Positions 47,006 to 56,284 of a stretch of DNA of 64,000 bases are shown piece by piece. Both the position numbers and the translations under genes were made by a program. Position 1 is the first letter of the stretch. Every line of letters begins with the position of its first letter. Source of the stretch: Bacteroidales bacterium (GTDB lineage: Bacteria > Bacteroidota > Bacteroidia > Bacteroidales > WCHB1-69); the NCBI GenBank assembly GCA_024685175.1, contig JAIKWD010000033.1, positions 48,123 to 112,122 of the forward strand, in the 5' to 3' direction. Under the pieces are notes generated by a model. The model ran no database searches. It had not been told where the DNA came from and was given only the letters and a program-made list of their open reading frames with translations.

Positions 47006-48499
47006 TTATTTCCTTTGAATCAGGGCTCTCAGGTAATTACGATTCATCAAGACTAATACTCCTAGGTACACAACCAAAATAATGGTGTTAACCACTATGC
47101 GCACCCACATACCGGTGACGTGCAATCCTTTGTTAATCAGCACACTCAAAAAATATACGCCAACGGCCAACAGGATATAGAAGCACACCTTCTTCACGTT
47201 GTAGTCCACGTGGTAATATTTCTGGCCAAGGAGATAGGAGACCACCATCATTACAAAATAACAAACGAAGGTCGTCCACGCAGCACCCATATAGTCGAAG
47301 CGCGGGATAAGCAACATATTGAGGCCCACGGTGATAACCGCACCCAAAAGGGCGATGTAGGCTCCGTATTTGGTCTGGCCCGTCAACTTGTACCAAATGG
47401 ACAAGTTGTAGAAAATACCAAGAAACAGATTGGCCAGCAACAAGATAGGCACCACAGGCAAGCCCACGCGATAGGCGGGTCCCACAAAATACTGCACAAT
47501 GTCGATATAGAGCATGATGCCCACAAAAATGATGGAACAGACAAACACGAAGGCAGTCATCACCTCAGCATAAGTATCCTTGGCATCCTTATCTTTGGAT
47601 TTGCTAAAAAAGAAAGGCTCCGCAGCGTATTTGAATGCCTGCACGAAGATAGTCATCATGATAGAGATCTTGTAGCAGGCGCTGTAAATGCCCACGGAGG
47701 CTTGCGGGTCTGGCTGTGTGGAGAAATACTTGAGCAGCACACGGTCCATCGTCTCGTTCACGATGCCAGCCAAACCAAGAATGAGCAACGGAAAGGCATA
47801 GCGGAACATCTTCTTCCACAAAGTCCAGTCGAAGACGTATTTCTGCTTGAAAATGCTCGGGAAGAGCATCAGCAATGTAACTACGGATGCTATCAGATTA
47901 GCGATGAAGATGTACCCAACTCCAATTTCGGGGTTGTATATCGTACGAATAAAGGATGAGTCCGGATTCTTCGTCAACAGATACGGGCAAAGCAACAAGA
48001 AGAAGAGGTTGAAGAGCACGTTAACCACGATGTTGGTGATCTTCACAGCCGCAAAACGAAACGCCTGGTTCAGATGACGCAGACGAGCGAAGAAGATGGA
48101 GGTAAGGGCGTCCACGCCGATGATAACGGAGAACCATACCACATACTCCGGATGGTCCGGGTATTTCAGCCATCCCGCTATATTGCCTTTAAAACAGTAG
48201 CAGAGCACGATGAAAAGCGTGGAGGTCACCAGCAACGAGGTCACAATGGTGGTGTATACCTTGTTCTTGATTTCTTCGTCACGGGAAAAGTTGAAGAAGG
48301 CTGTCTCCATACCATAGGTCAGGATAACGACAAAGAGACTGGTCCACGCGTACAGTTCGCCCACCACGCCGTACTGAGAGGCGTTGGCGAAGATGTATGT
48401 ATGAAGCGGCACCAATAGATAGTTGAGCAAACGACTCAAGATATTCGTGGCACCATAGACTACGGTTTGTCCGGCTAACTGCTTGATTGAACTAGACAT
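47006..48499 (-). CDS. MOP-superfamily polysaccharide/lipid flippase
   Basis: LAGQTVVYG, LTYGMETAFF, GIVNETMDR, GIYSACYKI, YAAEPFFF; about 14 TM segments. Confidence 0.9.
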   Translation of the reverse strand: MSSSIKQLAGQTVVYGATNILSRLLNYLLVPLHTYIFANASQYGVVGELYAWTSLFVVILTYGMETAFFNFSRDEEIKNKVYTTIVTSLLVTSTLFIVLCYCFKGNIAGWLKYPDHPEYVVWFSVIIGVDALTSIFFARLRHLNQAFRFAAVKITNIVVNVLFNLFFLLLCPYLLTKNPDSSFIRTIYNPEIGVGYIFIANLIASVVTLLMLFPSIFKQKYVFDWTLWKKMFRYAFPLLILGLAGIVNETMDRVLLKYFSTQPDPQASVGIYSACYKISIMMTIFVQAFKYAAEPFFFSKSKDKDAKDTYAEVMTAFVFVCSIIFVGIMLYIDIVQYFVGPAYRVGLPVVPILLLANLFLGIFYNLSIWYKLTGQTKYGAYIALLGAVITVGLNMLLIPRFDYMGAAWTTFVCYFVMMVVSYLLGQKYYHVDYNVKKVCFYILLAVGVYFLSVLINKGLHVTGMWVRIVVNTIILVVYLGVLVLMNRNYLRALIQRK

Positions 48500-48533
48500 T
48501 GGAAGAATTAGGGATTAGAAATGAAAAACACAA

Positions 48534-49295
48534 TCAATGATATCCTTTACGTGAACCAAAATCATAGGCAAGGTAAGCACAAAGGTAGAATTTTTTCGTC
48601 GGGTTATTCGCCATTTGTTGGATGAACGGGAATACCATATCAATGCTCAGGCCAACTTCAAGAGCTTGCACTTTATAGTCATCCCTGGCAAACTCAAAGT
48701 TAAAGCCCGTCTTGGCATAGAATCCTGGTCTAAAGATAGTTTGGAGGATACCCGTATAGAATGGGGCGCCACCGATCACGTTGTTGAGGTTATGCTTGGC
48801 AGGATCGAAGCGTACGATTTCTGAAAAACCAGTATTATAATTGAGCACTTCCACATAGTTGGGGATGCCCATACCGATGGCTGGGCCGGCGGAAAGAGAA
48901 TACTTGACCTGTACGCCACCCCAATAGGGCTTGGTATGCAAGGTGCGTTGATAGCCATATCCCCCACGCAAGAAAAAAAGGGTGTAGAGTTGACCATAAC
49001 GGCAAGGACGCACCCCTTCATACAAGACGTTTACGGAGCGTACCGACTTGGGGTGTTTGTTGTAAAGGAACTCTACCTCCCAAAAATGTTTGTTGTAAAG
49101 GTCGGGGGTGCGACCATGTTGGAAGCCGACCCCAAAGCCATTCGTTGTAAGAAAAATCTCGCCGTTCCCTTCTTTGAGTGTCACATCGTGATAAAACTCG
49201 CCGACTTCCTGTGCATGTGCGCCCAGGAAGAGGCCGGCCAAGAGCATCATCATCGCCAGCCCACGCGAACCGCTACGAGCCGATCGAAATGACAT
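48534..49295 (-). CDS. hypothetical outer membrane beta-barrel-like protein
   Basis: signal ..AHA-Q; alternating aromatic strands (TTNGFGVGF, RGGYGYQR, AYLAYDFG). Confidence 0.72.
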   Translation of the reverse strand: MSFRSARSGSRGLAMMMLLAGLFLGAHAQEVGEFYHDVTLKEGNGEIFLTTNGFGVGFQHGRTPDLYNKHFWEVEFLYNKHPKSVRSVNVLYEGVRPCRYGQLYTLFFLRGGYGYQRTLHTKPYWGGVQVKYSLSAGPAIGMGIPNYVEVLNYNTGFSEIVRFDPAKHNLNNVIGGAPFYTGILQTIFRPGFYAKTGFNFEFARDDYKVQALEVGLSIDMVFPFIQQMANNPTKKFYLCAYLAYDFGSRKGYH

Positions 49296-49298
49296 CGG

Positions 49299-49433
49299 CT
49301 ACTCAACTGGGGTCTCGGGCGCTTGATAGTAAGTATAATGGCCGTATGCGGCACATTTGTGCTGCGTGTCACAAGCAGAGAACACGGCTATAGCACAAAA
49401 AAACATGGCTATCAATACAATAATCTTTTTCAT
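49299..49433 (-). CDS. small lipoprotein (44 aa), not in the ORF track
   Basis: MKKIIVLIAMFFCAIAVFSA-CDTQHKCAAYGHYTYYQAPETPVE*; -7 box at 49458-49465; stop lies 3 nt before the next ATG. Confidence 0.75.
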   Translation of the reverse strand: MKKIIVLIAMFFCAIAVFSACDTQHKCAAYGHYTYYQAPETPVE

Positions 49434-49513
49434 TTTCGTTATATTTTTTTAAGCGTGCAAAGATAATTATTTTTCAAAGAGGATAATAATCAGACTATCA
49501 TTTTATCAAAAAG

Positions 49514-50974
49514 TTGAACCTCAAAAGATTATATATCACACTTTTATGTTGTCTTTTCGTTTGCGACCTTTTCGCCCAACGGAAATCCTCCACCATTGAT
49601 TCCATCTCATCTCTGTCTGATTATCCCGCTCAGGCCGAACGTATCATCCGCAACTTGGAAAACCATGGTTATCCTTTCGCCTCCGTGGCTCTCAAGACTG
49701 CCGATGTTGAAAACGGCGACATGACACCTATTATTGTCATCGATTCAAACATTTTTGTCACTTTTGACAGCATTGTGCTAAAAGGAGACGTAAAATTGTC
49801 AAAAAGATTTCTGCGCCCCTATCTTGGTTTGCGCAAGGGGATGCCCTACAACGAGCAGTTGATGCAAGCGGTGGACGCCAAGTTGGCAGAGCTGCCCTTC
49901 GCCACGGTCTTGCAGCCCTCCGGCGTTTCGTTTGTGAAAGACAAGGCCTACCTGTACGTCTATCTCGGCCAGCGACGCACCAACCAGTTTGACGGCTACG
50001 TGGGGCTCGTGCCCGTGGACGAGCGCAACGGCAAAGTGGCTGTGAGCGGCGACCTGTCGCTGGCCCTGCAGAACATTTTCCGCATTGGCGAGAGTATCGG
50101 GCTACACTGGTACAGCAGCGAACGCAAGTCGCAGCACCTCGACGTGGCCGTGCGGTTTCCGTACCTCTTCGGCACGCGCTTCGGCGCCGAAGGAACCTTC
50201 CTGCTCGACAAGAAAGACACCTCTTACCTCAACCTCAACTTCCGTGTCGGCATCCCCTACTCTTTCCTTAACAACAGCTATATAGAACCTTATTTCGACT
50301 ATACCAGCTCATCAATTCTCAATCCTGCATTGCTTCAGTTTGATAGCGACTCGGGATACATCGACTTCCACAAGACCGCTTATGGGCTCAAAGTGCACTA
50401 TCGCAAGCTCGACTACGTCTTCAATCCCCGACGTGGCGTTGACCTGTACGGAGATCTCTCTGCCGGTCGCCGTCGCATCCTTGCCAATCAACATGTCAAT
50501 CCAGAACAATACACTGATTTGCAAATGGTTAAAACAACCTACAGCGTCATGGGTTCTGTACAAGGCTACCTTCCCATCGGGCGAAGGTTTGTCATCACTC
50601 CTCGTATCCAAGCCGGCTCACTATTGGCCGGGCCTCACTATTTCAACGAGTTGTTCAAGATTGGCGGCCCCGACCGCATCCGCGGTTTTAATCCCAACGA
50701 CCTCTACGCTTCCACCTACCTGTTATATTCTGCCGAGGTTCGCTTCCTATTCGGTAAAAATTCTTTTGCCAACATCTTCTTTGACGGCGGCGTTTATGAG
50801 CAACAGATGGAGAAAATGTATCTGTTTGATACCCCTTTCGGCTTTGGTGCAGGTATTCATCTGGCGGTCAGATCCGGCATCTTCTACCTCGAGTATGCCC
50901 TCGGTCGCCAACAAAACAATCCTTTATCATTAAAAACCGGTAAGATACACTTCGGAATAAAGGTGGAGTTCTAA
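49514..50974 (+). CDS. Omp85 (BamA/TamA-like) outer membrane protein with POTRA-like N-terminus
   Basis: ENHGYPFA, IGG..RIRGF, FFDGG, GFGAG..YALG, C-terminal Phe; TTG start. Confidence 0.8.
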   Translation: MNLKRLYITLLCCLFVCDLFAQRKSSTIDSISSLSDYPAQAERIIRNLENHGYPFASVALKTADVENGDMTPIIVIDSNIFVTFDSIVLKGDVKLSKRFLRPYLGLRKGMPYNEQLMQAVDAKLAELPFATVLQPSGVSFVKDKAYLYVYLGQRRTNQFDGYVGLVPVDERNGKVAVSGDLSLALQNIFRIGESIGLHWYSSERKSQHLDVAVRFPYLFGTRFGAEGTFLLDKKDTSYLNLNFRVGIPYSFLNNSYIEPYFDYTSSSILNPALLQFDSDSGYIDFHKTAYGLKVHYRKLDYVFNPRRGVDLYGDLSAGRRRILANQHVNPEQYTDLQMVKTTYSVMGSVQGYLPIGRRFVITPRIQAGSLLAGPHYFNELFKIGGPDRIRGFNPNDLYASTYLLYSAEVRFLFGKNSFANIFFDGGVYEQQMEKMYLFDTPFGFGAGIHLAVRSGIFYLEYALGRQQNNPLSLKTGKIHFGIKVEF

Positions 50975-51018
50975 TCATTTTTCGTACTTTTGCAGCGATA
51001 AAGTAAAATAGACTTTCT

Positions 51019-52383
51019 ATGAATATTGTTAAACCTTCCATTCCCAAAGGAACCCGAGACTTCACGCCCACCGAGATGATGCGGCGCAACTACATATTCG
51101 ACACCATTCGTTCTGTGTTTTACAAGCATGCCTACTTACCCATAGAGACCCCATCCATGGAGAACCTCTCCACCCTGATGGGCAAATACGGGGAGGAAGG
51201 CGACCGCCTGCTCTTCAAAATCTTAAACTCCGGCGACTTCACCAAAGGGGTTGACTTCAACGACAATGATATGTCCGTCAACAAGCTGGCCACCAAATTG
51301 TGTGAAAAGGGCTTGCGTTACGACTTGACCGTGCCTTTCGCCCGCTTCGTGGTGCAGCACCAGAATGAGATCACCTTCCCGTTCAAGCGCTACCAGATGC
51401 AGCCGGTATGGCGCGCCGACCGTCCTCAGAAGGGCCGTTACCGCGAGTTCTACCAGTGCGACGCCGATATCATCGGCAGCACCTCATTGCTCAATGAGGC
51501 CGAGTTGGTGGAAATCACGGACGAGATCTTCCGCAAGTTCGGCATCGCCGTGGTGATGAAAATCAACAACCGCAAGATCCTCTCCGGCATCGCCGAAGTT
51601 GTGGGAGCCTCCGACAAGGTCACCGACCTGTGTGTCTGCATGGACAAACTCGACAAGATCGGCCAGGAGGCCGTTTGCGCCGAGATGCTCGAGCGTGGCA
51701 TCTGCGACGAAGCCATCGGCAAGCTCCAGCCCATCTTCAACTTCGGAGAATTGAGCAATGCCGACAAGATTGGCAAACTCAAGGATTTGTTGGCCGGAAG
51801 CGAGATCGGCATGCAAGGCGTGGAAGAGCTCGTCACCGTCCTCGACTATGTTAAGGACATGGGTCTGGCCACAGAGTTGGAAATCGACATCACATTGGCC
51901 CGCGGGTTGAACTACTACACTGGCGCCATCTTCGAGGTCAAGGCCAAGGATGCCGCCATGGGCAGCATTTCCGGTGGCGGCCGCTACGACAATCTCACTG
52001 GCATCTTCGGTTTGAAGAACATGTCGGGCGTAGGCATCTCCTATGGCGCTGAGCGCATCTACGACGTGCTCAACGAACTCAACCTGTTCCCCGCCGAGAT
52101 CCTGAACCCCGTCAAGGTCTTCTTCGTCAATTTCGGTGGTGAAGATGAAAAGTACGCCTTAAATGCCTTGCGCACCATCCGTAATGCGGGCATCTCCGGC
52201 GAAATCTATCCCGACCATGCCAAGATCGGCAAGCAGATGTCCTACGCCAACGCCAAAGCCATCCCCTTCGTTGTGATGGCTGGCGAAAACGAACGCAAAA
52301 ATAACACCTTCACCGTCAAAGACATGAACTCGGGGACTCAAACCGAACTCAGTCTTGACGAATTGATGGGAAAGATAAGATAA
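51019..52383 (+). CDS. hisS: histidine--tRNA ligase
   Basis: [52 protein letters not shown]; -7 box at 50985-50992. Confidence 0.97.
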   Translation: MNIVKPSIPKGTRDFTPTEMMRRNYIFDTIRSVFYKHAYLPIETPSMENLSTLMGKYGEEGDRLLFKILNSGDFTKGVDFNDNDMSVNKLATKLCEKGLRYDLTVPFARFVVQHQNEITFPFKRYQMQPVWRADRPQKGRYREFYQCDADIIGSTSLLNEAELVEITDEIFRKFGIAVVMKINNRKILSGIAEVVGASDKVTDLCVCMDKLDKIGQEAVCAEMLERGICDEAIGKLQPIFNFGELSNADKIGKLKDLLAGSEIGMQGVEELVTVLDYVKDMGLATELEIDITLARGLNYYTGAIFEVKAKDAAMGSISGGGRYDNLTGIFGLKNMSGVGISYGAERIYDVLNELNLFPAEILNPVKVFFVNFGGEDEKYALNALRTIRNAGISGEIYPDHAKIGKQMSYANAKAIPFVVMAGENERKNNTFTVKDMNSGTQTELSLDELMGKIR

Positions 52384-52404
52384 CCCCTTTTTCAACCGAC
52401 CACA

Positions 52405-53595
52405 ATGGCCAACGATACTAAAAAAGGCGACATAAAGGAGAGATTCCTCCGCATTCTCAAGATTGCCTGGCGAAAAGTCAAGGAATACACCCGAATCAAA
52501 GAGGATACGGACTACGAAGCCACCGTTGACTCCATCTCCGGGAGCGTGGAGTTCAAGGGATTCAACGTATGGATCCTATTCTTCGCCATCATCGTGGCTT
52601 CTGTCGGACTCAATGTCAATTCCACAGCCGTCATCATCGGCGCCATGTTGATTTCTCCGTTGATGGGGCCTATCAATGGTATCGGTTTGGCTATCGGCAT
52701 CTCCGATGAAAAGCTGCTCCAAAAGTCACTCAAGAATCTGGCCATTATGGTAGGCATCAGTTTGGTGGCCTCCACACTGTATTTCCTGTTGTCGCCCATC
52801 AACGACGCACGTTCGGAGTTGTTGGCGCGTACGCAGCCCACCATCTTTGACGTGTTCATCGGCTTTTTCGGAGGGTTGGCAGGTATTGTGGCCACCTCTC
52901 GCAAGTCGCAGTCCGTCACCGTCATCTCAGGCGTGGCCATTGCCACAGCCCTCATGCCGCCATTGTGCACCGCAGGTTTCGGCATCGCAACAGGTCAGAT
53001 ATGGTACTTTCTCGGCGCTTTCTACCTCTTCTTCATCAACTCCTTCTTCATCGCGCTGGCCACCTTTATCACCGTTCGGCTGCTCGGATTCCCGCAAGTC
53101 CGATATGTCGATGAAGCCCAATCCCGAAAGGTGAAACGTATAACCACCATCTTCACCATTATCGTATTGGTACCCAGCATATTCCTAGCCGCGGATGTAA
53201 TCAAGGAGGCCGCCTTCAACACCCAGACCATCAAGTTCGTCAACGACATCCAAGAAAGCGAGATGTTCAAAGATACTCAACTGCTCAAGGCCGACCGCGA
53301 GTACCACCACCGAAGCCAAAATGTCACCCTCACGCTCATAGGCAAGCCGCTGGACCAAACACAAGTATTCCAACTCCAAGAACTTCTCAACAAAGAATAC
53401 GGCCAAAAAACCGCCAACCTCATCGTCAAGCAGTCCTCCGGAGCCAGCATTGATGTAAAACAACAAAACGAAGTCATTGAAAACCTCATAGACAAAAAGG
53501 ACGAGACCATCCGTCAACAGGATTCCATCATCCATGAGTTACAACGTCAATTGCAAGAGGTGAAAAGCAAAGAAGGAACTGAAAAAAATAACTGA
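52405..53595 (+). CDS. DUF389 (TIGR00341) membrane protein
   Basis: NSTAVIIGAMLISPLMGPI, ELLART.P, GVAIATALMPPLC. Confidence 0.9.
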   Translation: MANDTKKGDIKERFLRILKIAWRKVKEYTRIKEDTDYEATVDSISGSVEFKGFNVWILFFAIIVASVGLNVNSTAVIIGAMLISPLMGPINGIGLAIGISDEKLLQKSLKNLAIMVGISLVASTLYFLLSPINDARSELLARTQPTIFDVFIGFFGGLAGIVATSRKSQSVTVISGVAIATALMPPLCTAGFGIATGQIWYFLGAFYLFFINSFFIALATFITVRLLGFPQVRYVDEAQSRKVKRITTIFTIIVLVPSIFLAADVIKEAAFNTQTIKFVNDIQESEMFKDTQLLKADREYHHRSQNVTLTLIGKPLDQTQVFQLQELLNKEYGQKTANLIVKQSSGASIDVKQQNEVIENLIDKKDETIRQQDSIIHELQRQLQEVKSKEGTEKNN

Positions 53596-53603
53596 AATTT
53601 ATA

Positions 53604-54074
53604 ATGATTAAGTCTCGAATTCTGGTTTTATTGCTGATTTTAGCAGGTTATCTTTCCTGTACGGCGCAGACGAATGTAGAAATACATTTTCGTGATGCTG
53701 GCAGCCAGACATTCACTGTTGATAATACTGGGAAACTCTATTTTGACAATGGCTATCTCATTGTCGATGAGGGTCATGCAGTTCCTGTTTCCTTTGCCAT
53801 CCCCGACATCCAGAAAATCTTATTCTCCTCACCCACAGACATTAACGACATCTCCGCACAGGGGTGCCGCATCTACCCTAACCCCGCTTCATCATTCATC
53901 AAGATAGAAAACGAAACCGGGATCGAATCATTCTACCAACTCTTTGCCTTAGACGGCCGCCTGTTAATGTCTGGAAAATGTTCCAACAACGAATCTATAA
54001 CCATCAGCGATTTACCGCAAGGCTTATACTTGCTTAGAATAAACAGTCAAACCTTCAAAATCAGCAAATTATGA
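53604..54074 (+). CDS. small T9SS type A CTD protein (156 aa)
   Basis: signal ..CTA-Q; ~55-aa beta-rich N-domain; IYPNPASS..DGRLL..LPQGLYLLRINSQTFKISKL. Confidence 0.85.
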   Translation: MIKSRILVLLLILAGYLSCTAQTNVEIHFRDAGSQTFTVDNTGKLYFDNGYLIVDEGHAVPVSFAIPDIQKILFSSPTDINDISAQGCRIYPNPASSFIKIENETGIESFYQLFALDGRLLMSGKCSNNESITISDLPQGLYLLRINSQTFKISKL

Positions 54075-56257
54075 AAAAGATGATGCTTTTCTTGATGGTT
54101 TTGGCTTTCACGCTTCCCATCAAGGCCCAAGAGATTTTACATTTATACAACAATGGTTCTGTGATTTTCGAGAAATCCACCGAAGACATTGACAGCATTT
54201 ATTTTCGTAGCACTAACTCCTTGTTCTCTTTTGACAACGACTTGATGACCTTTTCCACCTCAACCATCGACAGTATCACTTTCAGTCAAGACAGCCTCAT
54301 TGAGCCTAACGAGGAGATTCGCATCATCTGGGATGGCGATAATGTCACCATCATCAACCCCATGGCCAATCAGGGTGTTTCCATATCCAACAATGGCGGA
54401 AAGGTAACCGTAACCTCGACAGCCAATGTCCAAGATCTTGTCTATCATCTCTCCGGAAGTACTTCCAACGGCTATTTGTATTTTACCCCGAACAAAAGAT
54501 TCACCCTATCCTTGGATGGCGTGTCCATCACCAACCCTTCTGGTCCGGCTATCGATATTTTAGTCGACAAGGCGGTCTCCATCACGACGAAGAGCGGCAC
54601 ACAGAACTACCTGAACGACGGCAGCAACAATTCCAAGAAAGCCACTTTGCAGAGTAAAGGACAGATCATTTTCCACGGCACCGGCACCTTGACACTTAAC
54701 GGTAACGTCCGCAACGCCATCCATAGCGATGACTTTGTCGTGATGAACAGTGGCAATGTAGCGGTTGCTTCAGCCGTAGCCGATGGCATCCACTGCGACT
54801 ATTTCATCATGAACGGTGGGCATCTCACCGTAACCTCCTCGGGAGATGGTATAGACGGTGATTCTGGTTACATCACTATCAACGATGGCACACTATCGGT
54901 CAACACTTCGGGAGCCAATGGCAAAGGTCTCAAGTGCGACAGCACCTTGATGATCAATGGTGGTGACGTCGAAGTTGTCCATAGCGGCAACCAAAGCAAA
55001 GGGATTAAGAGCGCCCAAGCCATTTTCATCCATGGGGGCACGCTGGGGGTCACCTCATCCGGGACCACCGTGTTGGAGAGCACCGACACGGGCAACGACC
55101 CTTCCTACTGTTCTGCCATCTCGTGCAATGGTGTAGTACACATTACTGGCGGTGACATCACCATCAACCTCCCGACCAGCAATGCTGGAGGACGTGGCAT
55201 CAGCGCCGACGACACCGTTAGCGTAACGGGCGGCACGCTTCACATTGAGACTCATGGCAATGGAGCCGTTTACACTGTCAGCGGCAACACTAAGGATTCA
55301 TACACCTCAGCTTGTATCAAGAGCGACGTCTGCGTGAAACTTACGGGCGGCGACATCTCATGCACCAGTACGGGAACTGGAGGCAAGGGCATCAACAGCA
55401 AGGGCAGCGTTATCATCGGCGATGTCGGTGCATCTGACTCCGACGTCGTTGTCAACATAACCACTTCCGGCGCACACATCACCGTGTCATCAGGAGGCGG
55501 CTGGTGGGGCGGAGGCGAAGGCGAATATGCCAATCCTAAAGGCATCAAAGCCGATGGCGAGCTAACCATCAATGGGGGAACCGTCACCGTCAACTGCACA
55601 CAAACCACCGATGGCGGTGAATGTCTCTCCAGCGCAGGTCATATCAACATCCATGGAGGGCAGGTCAGCACCATTTCCGCATACGACGACGCCATCCAGA
55701 GCAGCACACGCATCAACATTACGGGGGGCACCATCTACGCCGGCTCCAATCATAACGATGGCATTGACTGCAACGGGCGAATATATATCAGCGGTGGTTT
55801 CATCATAGCCTCGGCCACCACCACACCCGAAGAATCCTTTGACACCAACGACTCTATTTTTTCCATAACAGGCGGCACGATGATCGGCACCGCGCCTAAC
55901 GGAATGTTCACGAATCCAACAGCCAGCGCTTGTACCCAACACTCTCTCAAATACACGGGCAGCAGCAACAATGCCGTGCAGATCATCCGCAACAGCGACA
56001 ACACTGTGATCCTCACCTTCAAAATCCCATCCCTCAGTGGCGGCGGTGGCGGTCCCGGCGGTTGGGGCGGCAGCAGCAATGCCGCTTTATTCTTCAGCAG
56101 CCCTGAACTCATTCAAGGTTCCTATACCCTCAAATACGGCGGCACCATCAACGGCGGCACCGACTTTCACAACTATTATACAGGAGCCACATACTCCGGA
56201 GGCAGCAATAAATCTTTCACGGTTGGTTCTGGCTATTCCATAACAACAGTACAATAA
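54071..56257 (+). CDS. secreted beta-helix carbohydrate-binding protein (DUF4353/Cthe_2159-like), no CTD
   Basis: signal ..IKA-Q; LDGVSITN..GPAI, GTGTLTL, repeated I.GG.......DGI / KGIK coils. Confidence 0.82.
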   Translation: MKKMMLFLMVLAFTLPIKAQEILHLYNNGSVIFEKSTEDIDSIYFRSTNSLFSFDNDLMTFSTSTIDSITFSQDSLIEPNEEIRIIWDGDNVTIINPMANQGVSISNNGGKVTVTSTANVQDLVYHLSGSTSNGYLYFTPNKRFTLSLDGVSITNPSGPAIDILVDKAVSITTKSGTQNYLNDGSNNSKKATLQSKGQIIFHGTGTLTLNGNVRNAIHSDDFVVMNSGNVAVASAVADGIHCDYFIMNGGHLTVTSSGDGIDGDSGYITINDGTLSVNTSGANGKGLKCDSTLMINGGDVEVVHSGNQSKGIKSAQAIFIHGGTLGVTSSGTTVLESTDTGNDPSYCSAISCNGVVHITGGDITINLPTSNAGGRGISADDTVSVTGGTLHIETHGNGAVYTVSGNTKDSYTSACIKSDVCVKLTGGDISCTSTGTGGKGINSKGSVIIGDVGASDSDVVVNITTSGAHITVSSGGGWWGGGEGEYANPKGIKADGELTINGGTVTVNCTQTTDGGECLSSAGHINIHGGQVSTISAYDDAIQSSTRINITGGTIYAGSNHNDGIDCNGRIYISGGFIIASATTTPEESFDTNDSIFSITGGTMIGTAPNGMFTNPTASACTQHSLKYTGSSNNAVQIIRNSDNTVILTFKIPSLSGGGGGPGGWGGSSNAALFFSSPELIQGSYTLKYGGTINGGTDFHNYYTGATYSGGSNKSFTVGSGYSITTVQ

Positions 56258-56284
56258 CGAGAAACTACAATAATCCATCTTGAC

